Shown piece by piece: positions 39,006 to 48,538 of a stretch of 64,000 nucleotides of DNA. How positions within the stretch are numbered: position 1 is the stretch's first letter; every line of letters starts with the position of its first letter. The notes under the pieces were generated by a model. The model ran no database searches, was not told the origin of the DNA, and was given only the letters and a program-made list of their open reading frames with translations. The stretch is from positions 2,201 through 66,200 of the forward strand of contig CAKZQZ010000031.1 in NCBI GenBank assembly GCA_937142855.1. The letters are read 5' to 3'. The DNA comes from an uncultured Alphaproteobacteria bacterium. GTDB taxonomy: Bacteria; Pseudomonadota; Alphaproteobacteria; Puniceispirillales; Marisalimonadaceae. Position numbers and translations under genes: made by a program.

Positions 39006-39150
39006 AAGTTATAATAACATTGTCATCAAATTATTTAACTATTTATTTATGACACACATTCATGGTTTTTAATTAGTGTGGAAAGGTTATTATTAAATTA
39101 TTTTGCACAGAAATTTACTAATTTATAACTCCATTAATACCGAGAAAAAG

Positions 39151-39168
39151 TATGATGTTTACATCATA
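39151..39168. promoter_or_regulatory. Palindromic operator-like site upstream of the pseudoazurin gene
   Basis: TATGATGT-TT-ACATCATA, perfect 8-2-8 inverted repeat flanked by A tracts, 50 nt before ATG 39218. Confidence 0.45.
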
Positions 39169-39217
39169 AAAAAATTACTATAGCTTTCACAAGATATTGA
39201 TTTGGAGAAAATTTATT

Positions 39218-39640
39218 ATGTTCAATAAAATTTTACTATTTATATGTTTCTTAACTGTTTCATCATTAAGTTACGCTAAAAGTATTGAAATAGAAATGTT
39301 GAATAAACTTGGAAAAGAAAGAATGGTTTATTCATTGAAAATAGCTAATGTTGATTTAAATGACAAGATAGTTTGGAAATCCTCTTCAAAAGGTCATAAT
39401 GTAGAATTTGTTGAGACGCCTAAGGGTGTAAAAAAGTTTAAATCCAAAATTAATAAAGATGCTACTTATGAATTTAAGATTCCTGGTGTTTACCTTTATC
39501 AATGCACACCTCACAAAGCTATGGGTATGATTGGAATTGTTGTCGTAGGTGATGATAAAAGTAATCTTGATAAAATTAAAAAGGTAAAAATGAGGGGTAA
39601 ATCTAAAAAAGTTCTAAAAGAGCTTTTGAAAGAGCTTTAA
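39218..39640 (+). CDS. paz: Pseudoazurin (periplasmic blue copper protein)
   Basis: Signal peptide, IEMLN, GHNV, YQCTPHKAMGM (His, Cys, His, Met type-1 Cu ligands). ATG 39218 after GGAG. Confidence 0.88.
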   Translation: MFNKILLFICFLTVSSLSYAKSIEIEMLNKLGKERMVYSLKIANVDLNDKIVWKSSSKGHNVEFVETPKGVKKFKSKINKDATYEFKIPGVYLYQCTPHKAMGMIGIVVVGDDKSNLDKIKKVKMRGKSKKVLKELLKEL

Positions 39641-39712
39641 TAACTTAAAATTTTAATATGTACTAAACATTTTATTAACTTTGAATTATTAAAATATAGA
39701 GTTATAACAGTA

Positions 39713-40015
39713 TTAATTGGGCTCTTTGATCCATCCTGCATAACCCTCATCCATACTGTAAACGTATTTAAAACCTTGCTCGCTAAAAAAATTAGCTGCT
39801 GGCTGGCTAGAATTGCCGTGGTAACAGTAAATTAAAACTGGTTCATTCTTATCTTTTTCTTTTATAAAATTTTCTATATTTATATCCTCAATATGGATAG
39901 CATTTTTAATATGACCAGACGTAAATGAATTTAAATCTCTTATGTCAATTAGAGTTATTTTATCTGTTTCAATAAATTTTTGTGCATCTTCTATAGATAT
40001 TCTTTTATACGACAT
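39713..40015 (-). CDS. glpE: Thiosulfate sulfurtransferase GlpE (single-domain rhodanese)
   Basis: LIDIRD, GHIKNA, active loop CYHGNSSQ, SMDEGYAGW. Confidence 0.88.
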   Translation of the reverse strand: MSYKRISIEDAQKFIETDKITLIDIRDLNSFTSGHIKNAIHIEDINIENFIKEKDKNEPVLIYCYHGNSSQPAANFFSEQGFKYVYSMDEGYAGWIKEPN

Positions 40016-40021
40016 ATAAAA

Positions 40022-41194
40022 TCAAAGAGCCTCTATTATCACTGCAATGCCCTGGCCTCCTCCAATGCACATTGTTGCTAAACCGAATTTACCTTTACGT
40101 TTTCTTAATTCATAAACTAATTTAGTCATAATTATTGCACCGGTTGCTCCAACTGGGTGACCAAGAGCAATAGCGCCACCATTAACATTCACAATTTCTG
40201 GATTAAGCCCTAATTGTTTATTAACCGCACATGCTTGAGCTGCAAATGCTTCATTTGACTCAACCAAATCTAAATCAGAAATATTAAGACCTGCTTTTTT
40301 AAGTGCCATTTTAGTAGCAGGAACAGGCCCCATACCCATTTCATCAGGCTCAACCCCACCAAACCCATAAGAAATTATTCTAGCTAAAGGTGTACCTTTT
40401 TTTGCTTTATCTTCATTAGCAAGAACTAATGCCGCAGCACCATCATTTATACCTGACGCGTTACCAGCGGTTACAACACCTTCTTTTTTAAAAGCTGTTC
40501 TTAGATTAGACAAAGTCTCTATGGTTGTTTCTGGTTTTGGATGTTCATCAACTTCAAAAATATTAATACCTTTTCTTGTCTTAATCTCAATTGGTAAAAT
40601 TTGGTCTTTAAAAAAACCTTCATTTATAGCTTTGCTTGCTCGTTTTTGACTGGTTAATGCGAACTCATCTTGGTTATCACGGCTAATTTCGTATCGATCT
40701 GATATGTTTTCTGCTGTGATCCCCATGTGACCATGGCCAAAAGGATCATGTAGAGCACCAAGCATCATATCATGCACATTACCATCTCCCATTCTGTTTC
40801 CCCATCGAAAACCTTGAACAATATGGGCACTATTCGACATTACTTCTACACCACCGGCCAAAGTAATGGAGGCATCTCCCAGCATTAAAAGTTGAGTTGC
40901 GCTTACAATAGCTTGCAGCCCAGAACCACAAAGTCTATTGACTGTTAATGCTGCAGATTCTTTGCTAAGACCTGCCTGAAGAGCAATTACCCTACTAACA
41001 TACATATCTCTTGGTTCTGTATGAATTACATTACCAAAAACCGCATGTTCTACTTCATCTGCATCGAATCCTGATCTAGTTATAGCTTCTTTAGCTACCA
41101 AGGTTCCGAGATCAACAGGACAAAAACTTTTTAAAGTTCCACCAAAACTTCCAATTGCTGATCTATTAGCAGACATTATATAAACTTCGCTCAT
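40022..41194 (-). CDS. bktB: Acetyl-CoA C-acyltransferase (beta-ketothiolase, BktB-like)
   Basis: NRLCGSG, HMGITAENI, NEAFAAQ, GHPVGATG, TMCIGGGQG. ATG 41194 with GGAGG. Confidence 0.85.
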   Translation of the reverse strand: MSEVYIMSANRSAIGSFGGTLKSFCPVDLGTLVAKEAITRSGFDADEVEHAVFGNVIHTEPRDMYVSRVIALQAGLSKESAALTVNRLCGSGLQAIVSATQLLMLGDASITLAGGVEVMSNSAHIVQGFRWGNRMGDGNVHDMMLGALHDPFGHGHMGITAENISDRYEISRDNQDEFALTSQKRASKAINEGFFKDQILPIEIKTRKGINIFEVDEHPKPETTIETLSNLRTAFKKEGVVTAGNASGINDGAAALVLANEDKAKKGTPLARIISYGFGGVEPDEMGMGPVPATKMALKKAGLNISDLDLVESNEAFAAQACAVNKQLGLNPEIVNVNGGAIALGHPVGATGAIIMTKLVYELRKRKGKFGLATMCIGGGQGIAVIIEAL

Positions 41195-41222
41195 TTTAGC
41201 TTCCTCCAAGATTATGCATATT

Positions 41223-42302
41223 CTATTTTGTTAAAATTAGATCTCGATCGCCTAAGCTTTCAAAAAAATTATTTATTCTTATTTCATCTACATCGTTTAT
41301 GTTTGAAGGGTTCCAAACTGGCTTTCTATCTTTTTCAACTAGCATAGCTCTAACACCTTCAAAAAAATCTCCTATTTCAAGACATTTTTGAACCATCCTA
41401 TACTCCATTATAAGTTCATCTTTTAGACTCATTTTGGAAGCAGATCTAATTTGTTTTAACGAAATTTTTAATGAAGTTGGTGACTTATGTTTTAGCTCAT
41501 CCAATTGATTTTTTATGAATTCATTTCCAGAGGATGAAATTGATTCACATTTTTTTAAAATTTCTTCAACAGTATCAAATGAAAAAGCTTCTTTAATAAA
41601 TTTCTCATTCTGTATAAGAACACTCTCAGATGAATTTGGTTCTGTAGAAAACTGATCTATTATAAAATTAACTTTTTCATTAGTTTTTGGTGAAGAAGAA
41701 ACTAAAGATTCTTTTAAAGATTTTATTTTATCTGAATAAACATAATGAGTAATAAGTTTTAATTCCATTAAATCATAAGCTTTTATCTTAGCGCCAACTA
41801 GAGACAACCAAGCACCTATACCTTTATCTAATTGCCCAAGAAGCCAACCACCACCTACATCAGGGAATAATCCGATTGCAGTTTCTGGCATCGCAAACAA
41901 CGTTTTTTCAGAACCAACAATATGGCTTCCGTGCATTGATACTCCAACACCTCCACCCATAGTGTAACCGTTGATAAGTGATATAAAAGGTTTTCTGTAA
42001 TTACTGATTTTATAATTTAAACTATATTCATCATAGAAAAATGACCTAGATAAGTTAGTAGGAGGTCCTCCATTAGCTAAAACCTCTTTTCTTAATTTTA
42101 CCACATCCCCACCAGCACAAAACGATCGATCTCCTGCGCCCTCGATTACAACACAGTTTATATCATTATTTGTTTCCCAGAGGCTAAGGTTTTGGTTTAT
42201 TAGATCTACCATAGAATAAGTCAGGGCATTTAATCTATCTGGTCTGTTTAGAGTAATTATACCTACACCATTATCCTCAGAAAATATAACTTCATTTTGC
42301 AT
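41223..42302 (-). CDS. 3-hydroxyisobutyryl-CoA hydrolase (crotonase family)
   Basis: LNRPDRLNAL, FCAGGD, TMGGGVG, FAMPETAIGLFPDVG, SPTSLK, DFFEGVRA.LV.KD..P.W. Confidence 0.85.
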   Translation of the reverse strand: MQNEVIFSEDNGVGIITLNRPDRLNALTYSMVDLINQNLSLWETNNDINCVVIEGAGDRSFCAGGDVVKLRKEVLANGGPPTNLSRSFFYDEYSLNYKISNYRKPFISLINGYTMGGGVGVSMHGSHIVGSEKTLFAMPETAIGLFPDVGGGWLLGQLDKGIGAWLSLVGAKIKAYDLMELKLITHYVYSDKIKSLKESLVSSSPKTNEKVNFIIDQFSTEPNSSESVLIQNEKFIKEAFSFDTVEEILKKCESISSSGNEFIKNQLDELKHKSPTSLKISLKQIRSASKMSLKDELIMEYRMVQKCLEIGDFFEGVRAMLVEKDRKPVWNPSNINDVDEIRINNFFESLGDRDLILTK

Positions 42303-42326
42303 TATTTAATTGTTCCTTTTTAAAAT

Positions 42327-43469
42327 CTAATTAGTTTTTAAATGTCTGGAAATAATTACTCTCATTATTTCATTTGTTCCTTCTAAGATTTGATGAACTC
42401 GTAAGTCTCTTACAAGTCTTTCTAAAGGAAAATCTTTTAAATATCCATAACCACCATGAATTTGAAGTGCCATGTTACAAATTTCTGAACAAATATCAGT
42501 TGCATATCTTTTAGCCATTGCGCAAAGCTTTGTTGCCTGCTTATCATGAGTATCAAGAGCGCAAGCAGCTCTTAAAACCATTAACCTAGAAGCCTCAAGT
42601 TCTGTTGCCATATCTGCAAGCTTAAATTGTGTCACTTGAAACTTATCTAAAGATTTTCCAAATTGTTTTCTTTCCGCTGCATAATTCAAGGATGCCTCTA
42701 AGGCAGCCCTTGCGCCACCAAGAGAGCAAGCTGCAATATTAACCCTGCCTCCATCTAGACCTTTCATAGCTATCTTAAAGCCATCCCCTTCATTTCCTAC
42801 TAAGTTATCTATTGGGATTTCACAATTATCAAAATTTACCATTGATGTGTGTTGACTATTCCAACCCATTTTCTTTTCTTGTTTACCAAATGTTAAACCT
42901 TTAGTCCCCTTTTCAACTAACAAACATGAAACTCCGGCAGCACCCTCTTCTCCTGTCCTACACATTACAGCAAAAACGTCACTTGTAGGTCCTCCAGATA
43001 TAAAGCTTTTTGAACCATTTAATAAATAATGGCTATTACCTTGTTTCGCAGCTTTTGTTTTTAATGCAACGGCATCTGAACCTGAGCCAGGTTCAGTAAG
43101 ACAATAGCTAGACATGATTTCCATTGTAGATAGTTTTGGAATAAATCTCTTTTTTACATCGTCAGAACCATGAGTATCTATCATCCATGTCACCATATTA
43201 TGGATAGAAATATACGCTGCAGTAGAAACACATCCTCTTGAAAGTTCTTCAAATATGATAGCAGCATGTAATCTAGAAAGCCCAGAACCTCCATACCTGT
43301 CATCAACATAAATAGCAGCCAAACCAAGCTCAGCAGCTTTTTTCAATGTTTCAACTGGGAAAATCTCTTTTTGATCCCATTCAGAGGCATAAGGCATAAG
43401 TTCAGTTTCAGAAAAAGTTTTTGCCATTTCTTTTACTGCTAACTGATCTTCATTATATTCAAAGTTCAT
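42327..43469 (-). CDS. Isobutyryl-CoA dehydrogenase-like acyl-CoA dehydrogenase (ACAD8 family)
   Basis: AAYISIHNM, SYCLTEPGSGSDA, GLDGGRVNIAACSLG, RDLRVHQILEGTNEIMR. Confidence 0.85.
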   Translation of the reverse strand: MNFEYNEDQLAVKEMAKTFSETELMPYASEWDQKEIFPVETLKKAAELGLAAIYVDDRYGGSGLSRLHAAIIFEELSRGCVSTAAYISIHNMVTWMIDTHGSDDVKKRFIPKLSTMEIMSSYCLTEPGSGSDAVALKTKAAKQGNSHYLLNGSKSFISGGPTSDVFAVMCRTGEEGAAGVSCLLVEKGTKGLTFGKQEKKMGWNSQHTSMVNFDNCEIPIDNLVGNEGDGFKIAMKGLDGGRVNIAACSLGGARAALEASLNYAAERKQFGKSLDKFQVTQFKLADMATELEASRLMVLRAACALDTHDKQATKLCAMAKRYATDICSEICNMALQIHGGYGYLKDFPLERLVRDLRVHQILEGTNEIMRVIISRHLKTN

Positions 43470-43500
43470 TTTTACCTCATATTGGCTAAATTAATAGACA

Positions 43501-45102
43501 TTAAATTTTATTAGACTTCAATATCATTTCTGATGCTTTTTCAGCAATCATTAAAGTAGGTGCATTTGTGTTGCCAGAAGTAATTGTTGGCATTATAGAA
43601 GCGTCAGCAATCCTTAAACCCTCCACACCTCTAACCTTTAAATTACTATCAGTCACTGATGAGACATTTGTTCCCATAGCACAAGTCCCAACAGGGTGAA
43701 AAATTGTTGTTCCTATATCACCTGCTACTTTTTTTAAATCATCTTCAGATTGAAATTGAATTCCTGGAGCATACTCTTTTGGGTTATATTTTTTCATTGC
43801 TGGTTGAGAAATTATTTTTCTTGCCAACTTTATAGATTGAGCGGCTACAATTTTATCTTTTTCTGTAGATAAATAATTAGGATCAATTGATGGTGCAATT
43901 TTATAATCCTTAGACACTATATGAACATTGCCTCTACTTTGAGGGTTAAGGTTGCAAACACTTGCAGTTAAACCAGGAAAATTATGGAGTGGCTCTCCAA
44001 ACTTGTCTAATGATAATGGCTGAACATGAAACTGAAGATTAGGTGTCTCATGAGACTTATCTGACATTGCAAATAAGCCTAACTGACTAGGAGCCATAGA
44101 CATTGGACCTGTTCTCTTAAGAGCATATTCTAGACCAATTCCTAATTTACCAATAAATGAGTTTGCTTTTTGATTTAATGTTTTTGCGTTTTCTAACTCA
44201 TAAATTACTCTTAATTGAAGATGATCTTGAAGATTTTCTCCAATGTTTTTACTTTCTACTTCAGTATCAATACCTAATTTTGACAAAATGTTGGGATTTC
44301 CAATACCAGATAATTCTAATATTTTGGGAGACCCAATAGACCCTGAAGATAATATAATTTCTCTATTAACATATATTTCTTCTGATTTACCATTCCTAAA
44401 AACTTTTACGCCTTTAGCTTTTTTGTTTTTTAAAATTATTTTGCTGACTTCGCATTTACTTATTACCCTTAAATTTTTTCTATTTTTAACAGGCTTTAAA
44501 AATGCTTTAACAGTATTCCATCTTAACCCATCATTTTGATTAACTTTAAAGTATGAAACACCAAAATTATTTCCTTCATTAAAATCATCTACTTGAGGTA
44601 TCCCAGCTTCTATGGTTGCTTCTTTAAAACTATCTAACACTTCCCAAGATAGTCTTTGCTGATTTACTTTCCATTCACCTCCAGAACCATGGAATTTATT
44701 TTCTCCTTCATAACTATCTTCCATATTTTTGAAATATGGTAAAACATCATCCCAACTCCAACCTTCATTGCCCATTTGTCGCCACTGGTCATAATCATTC
44801 GCTTGTCCTCTCATATAAATCATTCCATTTATAGAAGAACAACCTCCCATAACTTTTCCTCTTGGATAGTTTAATTCTCTTCCGTTGAGTCCCTTCTGTT
44901 TAGTTGTTTTATATAGCCAATCTGTCCTTTTGTTACCCATGCAATATAAGTAACCCACTGGTATATGTACCCAATGATAGTTATCGCTTCCACCTGCTTC
45001 AAGTAAAGCTACAGTATATTTACCATTTGCCGATAACCGATTCGCTAAAAGACATCCTGCAGTACCCGCTCCAACTATTATAAAATCAAATTGTAGGGAC
45101 AT
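43501..45102 (-). CDS. GMC oxidoreductase (choline dehydrogenase-like; resembles 3-hydroxypropionate dehydrogenase HpdH)
   Basis: GAGTAG, HIPVGYLYC, PRGKVMGGCSSINGMIYMRGQ, HPVGTCAMG, GNTNAPT. Confidence 0.85.
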   Translation of the reverse strand: MSLQFDFIIVGAGTAGCLLANRLSANGKYTVALLEAGGSDNYHWVHIPVGYLYCMGNKRTDWLYKTTKQKGLNGRELNYPRGKVMGGCSSINGMIYMRGQANDYDQWRQMGNEGWSWDDVLPYFKNMEDSYEGENKFHGSGGEWKVNQQRLSWEVLDSFKEATIEAGIPQVDDFNEGNNFGVSYFKVNQNDGLRWNTVKAFLKPVKNRKNLRVISKCEVSKIILKNKKAKGVKVFRNGKSEEIYVNREIILSSGSIGSPKILELSGIGNPNILSKLGIDTEVESKNIGENLQDHLQLRVIYELENAKTLNQKANSFIGKLGIGLEYALKRTGPMSMAPSQLGLFAMSDKSHETPNLQFHVQPLSLDKFGEPLHNFPGLTASVCNLNPQSRGNVHIVSKDYKIAPSIDPNYLSTEKDKIVAAQSIKLARKIISQPAMKKYNPKEYAPGIQFQSEDDLKKVAGDIGTTIFHPVGTCAMGTNVSSVTDSNLKVRGVEGLRIADASIMPTITSGNTNAPTLMIAEKASEMILKSNKI

Positions 45103-45246
45103 AAAAAATTCCTTTTTAAAATTCTTCCAATAACGAGAATATTATTAAATTATGATATTTGATCTAGGAAATATTTACTATGTTAAAAATAAATTTTTAA
45201 ATTTTTTCTTTGGGCAGTATAGAGTGTCTCTTGAAAGGTAAAAATC

Positions 45247-47052
45247 ATGAGTATATCAAGTAATGCATTTGAAGATGAAGATATTTTTATTGCAGATATT
45301 TTATCTAAAAATAAAATAATAGCTATGGTTGGGGCTAGTAAGAATTGGAAACGCCCCTCTAACTTTGTCATGAAATATCTTCAGAAACATGGGTACACAG
45401 TTATACCTATAAACCCTGGTAATGCAGGTCAATATATTCTGGATGAATTATGCTATGCATCCCTTCAAGATGTACCTATTAAAATAGATATGGTTAATAT
45501 ATTCAGACCTAGTGAGTTTTGTGCTTCGATTACTAAAGATGCAATAAGTATTGGTGCTAAAACTGTTTGGATGCAATTAGGTATTAAAAACGAAGAAGCT
45601 ATTAATTTAGGCAAAAAAGCAAAAATAAATGTTATTTATGATAAATGTCCAAAAATGGAACATTCAAGGTTATCTGGCGCACTTGGATTAGCTGGCTTTA
45701 ATTCACGATTAATTTCTTCAAAAAGACCTGTTGTTAAAAAACCACCATCAGCTTCAAGAAATGGAGGAATTGTAAAAACTAATGAATTAGAAACACTTGC
45801 TATACATGCAGGAACTAGACCTGATGCCTCAACTGGATCAAGAAGTATTCCAATTTATCAAACAACTTCTTTTACATTTGATGATATAGATCATGCAGCA
45901 AGCTTATTTAACCTTCAAGAACCAGGAAATATTTATGCTCGATTGTCTAATCCTACAATTTCTGCTCTAGAACAAAGAATAGCAGCTTTAGATGATGGCT
46001 TAGGCGCCTGCTGCGCCTCATCTGGGCATGCCGCACAAATGCTAGCTTTATTTCCTTTAATGGAGCCTGGGGCAAAAATAATTGCTAGTTCTAAATTATA
46101 TGGGGGTTCTATTACTCAATTTACTAAAACATTTAAAAACTTCTCTTGGGATGCTGAATTAGTTGATGTGTCTGATTTAGATGCTGTTAAGGATGCTGTT
46201 AAAGATGTTTCTGTAAAAGTTTTATTTGCTGAAAGTTTAGCTAACCCTGACGGAAATATAACCGATATTACATCTCTTGCAGATATAGCTCATGAAGCTG
46301 GTATTCCACTTGTAATTGATAACACAATGGCAACACAAATTTTATGTCAACCTGGAAAATTTGGAGCTGATTTAATTGTTTACTCAACAACAAAATTTTT
46401 ATCAGGACATGGAAACGCAATGGGTGGAGCTGTTGTAGATATGGGAAACTTTCCTTGGGATAAGGGTAGAGTATTTTCAAAACTAACAACTCCCGATTCT
46501 TCCTATCATGACATTAATTTTTATGAAAGTTTTGGAAACCATGCATTTATCAATTATTGCCATGCAAGTGTACTAAGAGATCTAGGATCAACAATGGCTC
46601 CTTTAAATGCATATTTAACGCTAATCGGTTTAGAAACTCTTCCGTTAAGAATGAAACAACACATGAAAAACGCGGAACTAGTTGCCAATTTTCTTAAAGA
46701 CCATCCAAAGGTAAATTACGTGTCTTGGGCAGGCTTTAAAGAAAATATTTATCATGAATTAGCAAAAAAATATTTTAAAGATGGGTTTGGTTCAGTTTTT
46801 ACATTTTCTGTAAATAGTGGATATGAAGGAGCCATAAAATTAGTAGAAAATTGCAACTTAATATCTCATCTTGCAAACGTAGGTGATACTAGGTCATTGA
46901 TTGTACATCCTGCATCAACGACACATAGACAACTGAATAATGAACAAAAAGAAAAATCTGGAGTTAGTGACTCTATAATTCGTTTGTCAATTGGACTAGA
47001 AAGTCATAAGGATATTATCGGTGACTTAGAAGGGGCTTTATCCAAAATATAA
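45247..47052 (+). CDS. metY: Fusion: YccU-like CoA-binding domain + O-acetylhomoserine sulfhydrylase (MetY family), copy 2
   Basis: N-terminal IAMVGAS..RPS..VM.YL..GY.VIPINP...WMQLG...CPKMEH, then a linker, then AIHAG, PIYQTTSF, YARLSNPT, YSTTKFLSGHG, HLANVGD, IRLSIGLE in one 601-aa frame. Confidence 0.88.
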   Translation: MSISSNAFEDEDIFIADILSKNKIIAMVGASKNWKRPSNFVMKYLQKHGYTVIPINPGNAGQYILDELCYASLQDVPIKIDMVNIFRPSEFCASITKDAISIGAKTVWMQLGIKNEEAINLGKKAKINVIYDKCPKMEHSRLSGALGLAGFNSRLISSKRPVVKKPPSASRNGGIVKTNELETLAIHAGTRPDASTGSRSIPIYQTTSFTFDDIDHAASLFNLQEPGNIYARLSNPTISALEQRIAALDDGLGACCASSGHAAQMLALFPLMEPGAKIIASSKLYGGSITQFTKTFKNFSWDAELVDVSDLDAVKDAVKDVSVKVLFAESLANPDGNITDITSLADIAHEAGIPLVIDNTMATQILCQPGKFGADLIVYSTTKFLSGHGNAMGGAVVDMGNFPWDKGRVFSKLTTPDSSYHDINFYESFGNHAFINYCHASVLRDLGSTMAPLNAYLTLIGLETLPLRMKQHMKNAELVANFLKDHPKVNYVSWAGFKENIYHELAKKYFKDGFGSVFTFSVNSGYEGAIKLVENCNLISHLANVGDTRSLIVHPASTTHRQLNNEQKEKSGVSDSIIRLSIGLESHKDIIGDLEGALSKI

Positions 47053-47182
47053 ATTAGATACTAACTTTCTAACTTTTTAAACATATTATTACCGCCAGAA
47101 ATGCTGGGCTTACTTTGCACTTGTTATAGCTAACTTATAATTATATAAAATTATTGTATTAATAATTTTAAGGAGCTTAATC

Positions 47183-48538
47183 ATGGACGGATTATGTTGT
47201 GGCCCAGGTTACGCTAGCCCCTCTGAAGCTATTAAAGCGCCCAGAGAAAAATTATTATATACCATAGCAATTTATACTGGGACTGGAATTCAAAAACCAG
47301 ACTATCTTGCTACTATTGATATAGATCCAGATAGTCCAAATTATTCAAAAGTTATTCATAGACTTGAAATGCCTGGCATTGGAGATGAACTTCATCATAT
47401 GGGTTGGAATGCATGTTCTTCATGTCATAATGATGAAAAAATGAGTCGTAAATACTTACTAGTACCTGGCGTTCGTTCTAATAATATATATGTAGTTGAT
47501 ACTGCCACTAATCCTATGTCACCAAGTATTTATAAAATAATTGATGGATCTGAAATTAAATCTAAAACTAATCTTTCAGGACCACATACAGTTCATTGTT
47601 TAGGGTCTGAAATTATTATTTCTTTTCTTGGAGATGCTAAAGGGGAAGCACCAGGAGGGTATTTGCATCTGAATAAAGATTTTGAAATTGTAGGTCGTTG
47701 GGAAAAATCTATGGGAAATATCCCTTTTAGTTATGACTTTTGGTACCAGCCACGCCATAACGTTATGATTAGTTCAGAATGGGCGGCACCAAACACTTTT
47801 ATGCCAGGATTTGATCTAGAAGAAGTTGGGCACTTAAAATATGGCCGTCGATTACATATTTGGGACTTTGAAAAGAAAAAACCAATTGAAACAATGTATT
47901 TAGGTGAGGATGGGCTTATACCGCTTGAAGTTAAGTTTTTACATAACCCTAATAGTAGCCATGGATTTTGTGGTGCCGCCCTAAGCACAAATGTAATTCA
48001 TTTCTGGAAATCTGAAGAAGGAAAATGGGAATGGGAAAAAATCATTGATGTCGATAATGAACCCCACCCAGATTGGCCAATTCCTATACCTGGTGTAATG
48101 TCGGCGATTTTAGTTTCAATGGACGACAAATATCTTTATATAAACAACTGGCTTCATGGTGATTTACGCCAATATAATATTTCTGATCCTCATAAACCTA
48201 TTCTAACTGGACAGATATGGATGGGCGGTCTTTTAGATAAAGCCCCTATTGTAAATGGAGTAAAAATTGCGGGTGGTCCACAAATGTATCAATTATCCTT
48301 AGATGGTAAGAGAATGTACGTAACAACCTCTCTTTTCTCAACATGGGATAATCAATTTTATCCAGAAATTCGTACTCAGGGTGGCGTTATGCTCATGATT
48401 GACTGTGACGTAGAAAATGGAGGCATGAAAATTAATGAGGATTTTGTTGTTGATTTTGGAAAAGAACCTAATGGACCCAGCAGATGTCACGAAAGCCGTT
48501 ACCCAGGAGGCGATTGTACAAGTGATATTTGGTTATGA
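47183..48538 (+). CDS. Selenium-binding protein SBP56/SELENBP1-like (methanethiol oxidase family), cytoplasmic
   Basis: CCGPGYASP, DYLATID.DP.SP, DELHHMGWNACSSC, HTVH, YDFWYQPRHNVMISSEW, NWLHGD, GGPQM, STWDNQFYP, RYPGGDCTSDIW; AAGGAG RBS; no signal peptide. Confidence 0.92.
   Translation: MDGLCCGPGYASPSEAIKAPREKLLYTIAIYTGTGIQKPDYLATIDIDPDSPNYSKVIHRLEMPGIGDELHHMGWNACSSCHNDEKMSRKYLLVPGVRSNNIYVVDTATNPMSPSIYKIIDGSEIKSKTNLSGPHTVHCLGSEIIISFLGDAKGEAPGGYLHLNKDFEIVGRWEKSMGNIPFSYDFWYQPRHNVMISSEWAAPNTFMPGFDLEEVGHLKYGRRLHIWDFEKKKPIETMYLGEDGLIPLEVKFLHNPNSSHGFCGAALSTNVIHFWKSEEGKWEWEKIIDVDNEPHPDWPIPIPGVMSAILVSMDDKYLYINNWLHGDLRQYNISDPHKPILTGQIWMGGLLDKAPIVNGVKIAGGPQMYQLSLDGKRMYVTTSLFSTWDNQFYPEIRTQGGVMLMIDCDVENGGMKINEDFVVDFGKEPNGPSRCHESRYPGGDCTSDIWL

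Noticed and set aside
39151-39168. FNR/NnrR box upstream of pseudoazurin
   Set aside because: The site is TGAT-N6-ATCA, not TTGAT-N4-ATCAA. Kept only as an unknown operator.
45763-45790. Independent internal start for metY after GGAGG
   Set aside because: No in-frame ATG/GTG/TTG at usable spacing; the nearby ATG and TTG are out of frame and stop at once.
48536-48538. TGA stop of the selenium-binding protein as possible selenocysteine read-through
   Set aside because: The protein ends at SDIWL, the normal family C-terminus, and the TGA is part of an ATGA coupling with the ferredoxin. No SECIS-like hairpin follows.
47183-48538. Calling the gene canonical mtoX
   Set aside because: No signal peptide, no mauG or sco neighbours, and the sequence follows the SELENBP1 pattern. 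Activity is inferred only.
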